Shown here: piece after piece, positions 54,961 to 62,000 of the stretch | How the letters are laid out: each line of letters starts with the position of its first letter | Position numbering within the stretch: the stretch's first letter is position 1 | Assembly: GCA_028534125.1 (NCBI GenBank) | Contig: CM052818.1 | Location: forward strand, 186,001 to 248,000 | DNA: 62,000 bases | Reading direction: 5' to 3' | DNA from: Lama glama | Taxonomy: Eukaryota | Program-made: the position numbers and the translations under genes | Notes under the pieces: generated by a model | Told to the model about the DNA's origin: nothing | Databases searched by the model: none | What the model saw: the letters and a program-made list of their open reading frames with translations, nothing else

Positions 54961-55771
54961 TGGTAAGTGGTAAAGCCTTAAAAATCAGAAGTAAGGGCAG
55001 GGGTAGGGGAGGATGACTTTAGTCAGACTGAGCTTGAAGTATGACATGCCATTCAATTCTGTCCCTGTCACACCTGTTCTAGTAAGAGTCAACCCCTGCC
55101 TTCTAAAATCTAACCTCCCTGGCACCTTCTGTACCAAAGTCACTAGCCACAATGTAAATATAGACACCTTGCCACCTGCCTTCTGCTGAATTCAGCATCC
55201 AACTCATGCTCCTTTCTTTAGAATTAGCAGAAGCATATTCTAAAGTACTTAGCTGTCATCTCCAGTCATTAAACACTGTTCAATTTGAGGACCCCAAAGG
55301 TTAGTCTTCTGAGACATCCCCATGCCACTGCCTTTTCTCAGCCTCAGATACCTGCTTTGTCATTTACCCATTTCCATCGAGTACATTTTCCTCTCTTCCT
55401 TCCAGAGCCTTCTGCCAACCTCTCTGTAAATCAGCCCAGAAATTTTAAAGCATTCTCTAAAAACCTTTCAACTCAGTCTCATCCTAGCCCTCTGACAGGT
55501 CCCACATCAGGAGTTACCTTTGAGAGACCACACCCCTTTCTGCGTACCTGTTCTCTAACAGAATCTTAGCTATTGTCTCAAAATCAATAGACTCAAACTC
55601 CAGGGAATCATAATTTTTCTGTGTGTCACATTCAAAGTTTCTTAGTAATCCCAGGATGTAGCAGTTGTGAATTTGTCCCAAAACCCTGAAGTACAAGAAA
55701 TGTCACATTGCCATAGTCTCAGCCCCCAGGGAGTTGCCACAGTGGCAAGATCCTCTGTTCTCTACTTTGTC

Positions 55772-55878
55772 TTAGGAAAGTGACCAACTGCCCCCGTTCG
55801 CCCAGGACTGAGGGGTTTTGGGGGATGCAGGACTTTCAGTGCTAAAAGTGGGCAAATTGGAACCACTGGTCATCCTAA
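55772..55878. mobile_element. MER81-like hAT MITE
   Basis: Terminal inverted repeats tagg..gtgacca / tggtcatccta; internal gcccaggactgagggg...ggactttcagtgctaaaa. Confidence 0.7.
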
Positions 55879-57512
55879 GTCTTGGACAAACATTAGTTTA
55901 CAAGCCTTCTGCTTATTATATAGTATAAGCTCTAAGAGGGCAAGGAACATGTCTAATGAATTTCTTTATATTCATGCCTAGTGCTTGGGACATAATAGGC
56001 ATTCAATCAATTTTTAATAAACAATTTACAAACAAATGCATGAACCAGGATAAAAATAGAAGATTAAAATAATAATAATCCAAAGCCTGTGCCACATCAG
56101 AAGTTACCTGTGCCAACTGAAATGGAGGGAGCTGTAACTTCCTAATACCTCTTCCAGAGGCTTAAAGAGGCCACGTCCTCAGAGCAGGGCAAATTCTCCC
56201 CACGCACACATACCCCAAGACTTCTCTATCATTTATTTCCGGTTTGATGTGTTTGAGAAGCATCAGGTAGCTCTCTCATACGTTTTGGATCTGTTCTTCA
56301 GAAATCAGCGAATCTCCAGATATAAGCCACAATGTTAAGAAAGCATGAATTTCTGAAAGTATCTACCCCCTGCCTGGCTTACCAGACCTTCTCAGAGTTC
56401 TGTGCTGCCCAGAATGATGACACTGCTCTAATTAAAGTGTCCAGAATCTTCCCCACCACCGCCACCCCAGCACGTGCGCTCTGGGGTATAATTCTGATGC
56501 CACAGCAGGTTTTTTCTGCTTCACGGTGTCGCTTTCCACTTGTCTTCCACAAGACACTGATACTTACTCTATCCCCTGAAGATTTCTTTCTCCTCTTTGC
56601 CTTTCCTCCTGTGTTATTTCTTCCAACTTTTCATGTAAGTCAGAGTGGGCAGAGCGAGTGTGCTTGCTTTCACCTTATGTAGCAAAGACGCTGTTATGTA
56701 CCAGCTGTAACTGATGACCACCTCAAGCAAAAGGTAACAATTTAAAGATCATTGTAACAGTTCTGACCGGATAGCTCCTGGAGTTTTGAGATGTTCCTTG
56801 AAAAACAACCACAGAAAATTGCCTCATTTCTATGCCTGGCTTAAAAGGGTGCAAAGTGTCACCCCTCTGTTCTGCAGTGCCCTTCACTCAGAGTTGCTCC
56901 CCCCCCCCGAATTCTAACCCCTTTTTTCCTTCATCCTGTGACTGGCTGAGTTGATCTCAAGGGCCCTGTCCGTATCCACCTCCCTGTTGTACCAAAGCTT
57001 TCCTCTCCCTTCTGTCTCCTCCTGTCTTCGCAAGTGACTTTGACCACCTTCTTCATAAGCCCTCTCTGGGCGTTCCAGGGACATTGAGCAATCAGCCCAC
57101 TCTAACCCCAGCTGTGCAACACAACCAGCCTTCATCACCAGCAAAATAAGACCTGAATTTTCACAACACTCCACAAAAGTCTGTTACAAGACTCTGCTTT
57201 TAAGAATTACAGTTCTTAAAACTCCATATTTACCATTGAGTAATGCCTTAGTGCCCTCTAGAGTGAACACCTGCTTCATTTCATCCCTGCATTGTTAACC
57301 CTTTTGTGTATATCCCCAACCTGGGAGTTAAGAGCTGGACCTTGGGGCACTGATGATTCAGAGACAAAGTCCCCCCGCCCCCCCAGGGCCAGGGGGAAAT
57401 GGGCCAGCCCTTCCCACTGCCCCTAGAGGGACGCTGGGAGCCTTGACTGGGGCCGATCTTCACATGTGCCAGAGACCAAAGATGAACCTGAGTTTACGTA
57501 CGTCTGTTTCAG

Positions 57513-57719
57513 AAAAGAGAGTGGCTGCTGTTGGCCAAAGGGGAGCCCCCAAGCCGAGGCCACAGCCTGAGGGAGGCCGCCAGCACCTTCTACGTGATCC
57601 TGCCGTCATGCTCTGCCACTCTGCTGGTGAGGGCGGTGGCCACCCGGGAGCTGCTGCTGCCCAGCTCTTTCCCCTTGCTGCCTGAGGACCTGCCTGCTGA
57701 CAGCCTCAGGACTGTGGAG
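57513..57719 (+). CDS. M1AP: M1AP coding exon 7 (207 nt; GC donor)
   Basis: ctgtttcag|KREWLLLAKGEPPSRGHSLREAASTFYVILPS...DSLRTVE|gcaagt; phase 0/0. Confidence 0.93.
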
Positions 57720-58799
57720 GCAAGTGGGCCCAGATCTCATGGCTTAGAGGGGGAGAGAAGAAACAGGAGTTTGAGAAACAGATGAGGGAGAGGAGTGAGC
57801 CAGTGAGGGAAAGCACAGGGGAGCAGAGAGAAAAGTGGTTCCCCAGGGGAAGAGGGGCAGAGAAGAAAGCAAGGGTAGGAACTGAGGCCAGATGGAGGGA
57901 GGCAAGTGTGTTCTCACGGGTCTTTCTCTGCAATACGTGTACGCATGTGAGTGTACCTTTGTTTGTGTGCATCTGTTTCTGTTTTGTAAAGAGGAAAAGG
58001 CAGCCAATGCAGGTGCCAAGAATAGGAAGGGCTTTAAAATGAGACTCCGATGTAAAGGAGGGAACAGCTCTGAAGGCCATTTTCTCCTCCTCTTTCATGC
58101 TGGATCTGGATTCTGGATTTCCTCTGCCAGACTCCCCAGGCTGAGGATGGGTCGAGGGGTGCTCTGGGCAGGAAGAACTGGAACCAGGTCGTTGCTTCTG
58201 GGCTGCTGGCTTACAGGCAGAGAGGACAGAGCCTGGGATTGTGCTGTTGGCTTGGCGGCCGCAGGGATGCAGAGAGAGGTGGGCACGAGTAGCTATGGCT
58301 CACTCGGCGTCTCACTTCAGGGCCAGTGGTTCCTGGCACAGGATGTTGTGGCCGGAAAACCTGACAGCTCAGGAATGCTGTGCTCGCGTGTCCTCCAGTT
58401 ACACTCACCTCACAGGCTGAGGACTCTGTGTACTTGCTCTGCAGATGTGAGCACCGGCACACCCTCCCTCACAGCCTTGCACACTGGATCCCTTGTAACC
58501 CTCACAGCACACTGGTCCCTCGTAGGATCCCGTGACACAGTTCCTGGGGCCAGAGTGTTCAGTGCTCCTAACCACCTGGAGTTGCTCCTGTTTCTTGTAC
58601 CCTGCCTGACACTTACCGCACAAGCACTCAGACCTGGGGGCCAGAACACCCAGCAGGACACGCATCTGTTTTACAACCTTCAGTGAAGCCCTGGGTCATC
58701 ACACCTCCCCTGGCTTCCCACACTCAGGGGTCTCCGCCGGGCATCTTGTTTTCTGTGACCTCAAGTTCCCCAGTGAGGCTCCTCCTCTCTCTTCCTCAG

Positions 58800-58940
58800 A
58801 GCATGCTGGACGACCTGGAGCTAGAACCCACCTACAACCCCTTGCAGGTTTGGAGCCACCTCTACCCACACCTGAGCAGCACGTTTGCCAAGCCTCAGGG
58901 CCAGCTCCACCCAAGCTGGGAGAGCCGGGGCCTGAGAAAG
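58800..58940 (+). CDS. M1AP: M1AP coding exon 8 (141 nt)
   Basis: ctcttcctcag|SMLDDLELEPTYNPLQVWSHLYPHLSSTFAKPQGQLHPSWESRGLRK|gtactt; phase 0/0. Confidence 0.95.
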
Positions 58941-59339
58941 GTACTTCCCTCTCCCCTCTTTATGCCCAGAATCCCAGAGAGTCCTCCTCCCCTGTCTCCA
59001 AACCCTCCCTCCCCATCCCAGGGAGCATCGTCCCTGGATCTCCTCCTGCAGAGGGGAGAAGAATGAGGCCTGCAGGGAGGAGGAAAGAGCAGCGCTCTAA
59101 CCTAGGCAAAGAAATTTATACCCCCACCTGGTAAAGGGGCTTCCTCTTGCTCGGATATTTACATATGGTAATGTTTAGGTATCTTAATTGCAGTGTTTAT
59201 GATATCTCATTAGTCATTCAACAGACCATCCATTGTTCCACTAAGCAAACTGGCTGCACTGGAACTAAAACCACAGGTCTCTGCTGAAAGAAAAGAGTGT
59301 AGGGAAGGTGGGGAAAGAAATGCCTGAGGAAAAGGAAAT

Positions 59340-59480
59340 TAGCATTTGCTGAGCCCAATCATTTGCCAGGTTTTATGACACGTGCCCTCACATATATTTT
59401 TCTCATTTAATCCTCACAGCATCCCTGCAGGGTGAGTGTTATGATCATTTTACCGATGAGGAAAGGGAAGCTGGCCAAGG
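59340..59480 (-). mobile_element. MIR SINE, antisense to M1AP, hosting the microexon
   Basis: tctcatttaatcctcacagcatccctgcagggtgag...cattttaccgatgaggaaa matches the MIR core; similar copies at about 45240-45480, 50310-50540 and 60850-61010. Confidence 0.8.
59420..59431 (+). CDS. M1AP: M1AP 12-nt microexon (HPCR), MIR-derived
   Basis: tcctcacag|CATCCCTGCAGG|gtgagt. It encodes HPCR where the recalled human protein has HPCK between ...PRK and TGQLQ...; frame-preserving. Confidence 0.82.
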
Positions 59481-59945
59481 TTCATAGCTTGGAGATAGGG
59501 CTCTAGTGACAAGGGATGAAGAGAGAGAAATGGAAGGAGGAATTTATTTTCCTGAAATCCGTGTTCTAAAATGTTTGGGCTTCCTTCTGCACCCTTATTA
59601 ATCTTTTCCTTGTTTCTCAGTAACAGAGCCTATAGAAAAACTCCCGCTTTGTCTTAGCTGAAGTTACAAGAGAAAAATGTCTCCAAACTGCAGTCGATTT
59701 AGCAATGGGAATAGAGCTTACCACAAGTTAGCTGATGGGCAAGCAAAGAGAGGGGGACACTCAGCCTGGAGACAGCCACTGGAGAGGCTGGAGCCCAGGG
59801 GACTCCACTGCCCTGGGCCTTTAAGCTGTCACTCTGGGGATGGGACACATGAAGGAGTTAGGACAGGAGGTCTGGCAGGGAGGGGGACGGGAGGTCAGAA
59901 ACTCTGTCTGGTCCGCAGACAAAGCTCTGCTTGCTTTCTCAGCAG

Positions 59946-60125
59946 GCTGGGCAGTTGCAGATAAATCGAGTTCGAGCCAGAGTCACCCCCCTGCCTATGA
60001 CTCCAGCCCCTGGCAGAGCCCCCAAGATGCCAGCAGCCAGCAAAGCTTCCTCAGGAGTCTTCTTCCCGCCTTCCGCGGAGGAGGAGGAGGAAATGGAGGA
60101 GGAGGAATGTCCCTCAGGGCCCTAA
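59946..60125 (+). CDS. M1AP: M1AP last coding exon (alternative start 59943)
   Basis: ctttctcagcag|AGQLQINRVRARVTPLPMTPAPGRAPKMPAASKASSGVFFPPSAEEEEEMEEEECPSGP-TAA (stop 60123-60125). Confidence 0.94.
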   Translation, partial: AGQLQINRVRARVTPLPMTPAPGRAPKMPAASKASSGVFFPPSAEEEEEMEEEECPSGP

Positions 60126-60395
60126 GCCACCAGCACTAGAGCCCAGCTGCTCTGCTCAACCACATCCATGCCAAGGCTCACATAATGGCTTTCTGTGGCC
60201 AAACGTGCTTCTTACCCACCTGGGCCTGTGAGCTCCAGGTGACTGGGAAACAGAGCGTTCCCCTCCTCTGTCCTCAGTGCCGCCACCACCCCGCTCCTCA
60301 GACCAGGAAGCTCCCCCACACCATGAGCTTTTTCTTTCTCCATGCAAGGATTCATTTTCTTTTGGATCATTTGATATCATTAACAACAAACGAAG

Positions 60396-60401
60396 ATTAA
60401 A
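60396..60401 (+). terminator. M1AP: Candidate proximal polyadenylation signal (ATTAAA) of M1AP
   Basis: ATTAAA hexamer about 270 nt after the stop codon; usage is inferred. Confidence 0.5.
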
Positions 60402-61193
60402 TACCCAGTAAGCCTCCACCATTGTTAGGAGCGTTCCCGGCCCGAATTTCTCCTTGTATTCTGTGTGAGCAGGTGGGTAAAGTCAGGTCACCTTTAGGAA
60501 TCTGGAGCTCAGGAGACAAGAATAACGTTTTCAGAGCTCATGAAAAAGTAAGATTGAAAGCAAAGCTTCATTCCAAAGTCCATGCCCCTCCCAGTATACC
60601 CACCACGCTGCAGTTCCCTTCAGCCTCCAAACAAAAGGGGCTAGTCTTCAGTCCCTACAGGCCAAGTCTGTGTGTGTGGTCAGGTGCTGAGGGGAGTGGG
60701 GGACATCCTATAGCTGAGAACAGGGGAGAGGATGGTGTGAAAAAGACCTCTCCCCTTCCAAGCCCCCTCTGCTCACACCTGCCCAGTAGCGCATCTCCAT
60801 CCACAGAATAACTATCACTTATTTATAAAAAGCATACTCTGCACTTCAAATTGCATTAAGTACTCGAGAAATTTAATTCCTCTCATACAAACAACCCTGT
60901 GAGGTAAAACCAGTAATTAAATGTTCCCATTTTACAGAGGGGCAGTGGGGGAAACTGAGGGTTACGGATGATACACCCAGGGTCGCAGAGACAGGGTGGG
61001 CCTGACTGGACCACCCAGGCTCTGAGAGATCACACTGCTTGGCTCCCCTCCCAAGGGGCCCTTTCTTTCTTCAATGGCCCCCAACGCATTCCTGGTTCTC
61101 CTCCTGATCCCCTCCACAGCCACTCAGCATATCCTGCCACTCTGTTCCCTCTGGGACTATTCACACACGTAGACCTCTTAAACCCAAACTGAC

Positions 61194-61199
61194 TTTAAT
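61194..61199 (-). terminator. DOK1: Candidate DOK1 polyadenylation signal (ATTAAA on - strand)
   Basis: tttaat on + strand, about 400-460 nt downstream of the DOK1 stop, followed by GT-rich sequence on the - strand. Confidence 0.6.
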
Positions 61200-61660
61200 G
61201 AGAATAAAACTTTTTTAAAAATATATATCTGGCAAACAACAGTGCAGGGGGAAGGATCCAGTCACAGCCCAGTGTCTCCCTATAGCCTCTATTCAGGACC
61301 TTCAAACTGCACCTTTTCTGACCAAACACCTCTTTCCATAGGCTGGTCCAGCAGCTATCCCTTCCTTTGGCGGGGATGACTTAGGGGTGCTGGCCTCCCC
61401 CATATCTCATCACTGAGCCTCTGCCAACTGTTCGACTTCCGTAACTTCTTGGACAGATCATCCTTCCCTTGACTCCCCTTGTTTCCTGGTCTCACGCAGG
61501 CCCTTCTGGTTACTGCTGGTTCTAATAGGTTTCTTTGTCCCCCAGTGCCACCTCCCCATGGTCCTCCAATCAGCAACCCCAGCCTTGCCCCTATGTCTCA
61601 TGTGGAGCCCTCGGACTTGACCCCAGTCCTGTCAGTCACTGCTCTAGAGAGCCCAGAGTC

Positions 61661-62000
61661 TCAGCTCCCTGAGGCCCCACTCTTCTGGACCTGGCTGTAC
61701 AGGGCAGTGTCTGAGCTATCTTTGCTGCCATTGCCAGCTGCAGCACCAGATTCAGAGAAGGCTGGGCCCTGGGGCTTGGGGGCTGGGAAGGGCTTTGTGC
61801 TCCGAGGGGGTGGCACAGCATAGTCATCAGTGGCAGGGTTGTAGGGGAGCTCGTAGCCCTCCTCCTTCACCCGAGCCTGGCGCCACCATGCATCCTTGGG
61901 CTCCTGAGGCAGATCATAAAGGCCCCTGAGAGCAGCTGAGGCCAGACCCTCAGGTTCATCATAGATGGGGTCTTCTTTGGGGTCTGTTAGCTTGGCTTTC
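61661..62000 (-). CDS. DOK1: DOK1 (docking protein 1) last exon, partial; runs off the window edge
   Basis: KAKLTDPKEDPIYDEPEGL...LYDLPQEPKDAWWRQARVKEEGYELPYNPATDDYAVPPPRSTKP...ALYSQVQKSGASGS-TGA shows the YxxP SH2-docking motifs of DOK1. M1AP-DOK1 adjacency matches the known human arrangement. Confidence 0.96.
   Translation of the reverse strand, partial: KAKLTDPKEDPIYDEPEGLASAALRGLYDLPQEPKDAWWRQARVKEEGYELPYNPATDDYAVPPPRSTKPFPAPKPQGPAFSESGAAAGNGSKDSSDTALYSQVQKSGASGS

Noticed and set aside
57892..58686. 264-aa ORF inside an M1AP intron
   Set aside because: No recognisable domain, no clean ATG start, and GC-rich sequence where long chance ORFs occur. The M1AP frame is complete without it.

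Overview
Mammalian genomic DNA, probably camelid, inferred from a recurring tRNA-derived SINE family. The window holds essentially the whole M1AP (meiosis 1 associated protein) gene on the + strand. It has a CpG-island promoter with a likely non-coding exon 1 at about 2.6-3.1 kb, and 10 coding exons from 9630 to 60125 that splice into one uninterrupted 537-aa ORF. The 3' end of DOK1 enters on the - strand at the right edge, tail-to-tail with M1AP. Introns are mostly L1, SINE, MIR, L2, ERV-L and DNA-transposon remnants, plus two N gaps. The best observations are a 12-nt coding microexon carved out of an antisense MIR, an in-frame TGA that removes the last 21 residues of DOK1, a U6 snRNA/L1 chimeric retrocopy, an ACTG1 3'UTR retrocopy whose target site was re-used by a SINE, a GC-AG intron, a NAGNAG acceptor and STRA8-type motifs in the promoter. 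Gene and repeat family identities come from my recall of the human proteins and repeat consensus sequences, not from a database search. Repeat boundaries are approximate. I found no evidence for a wholly new multi-gene system.
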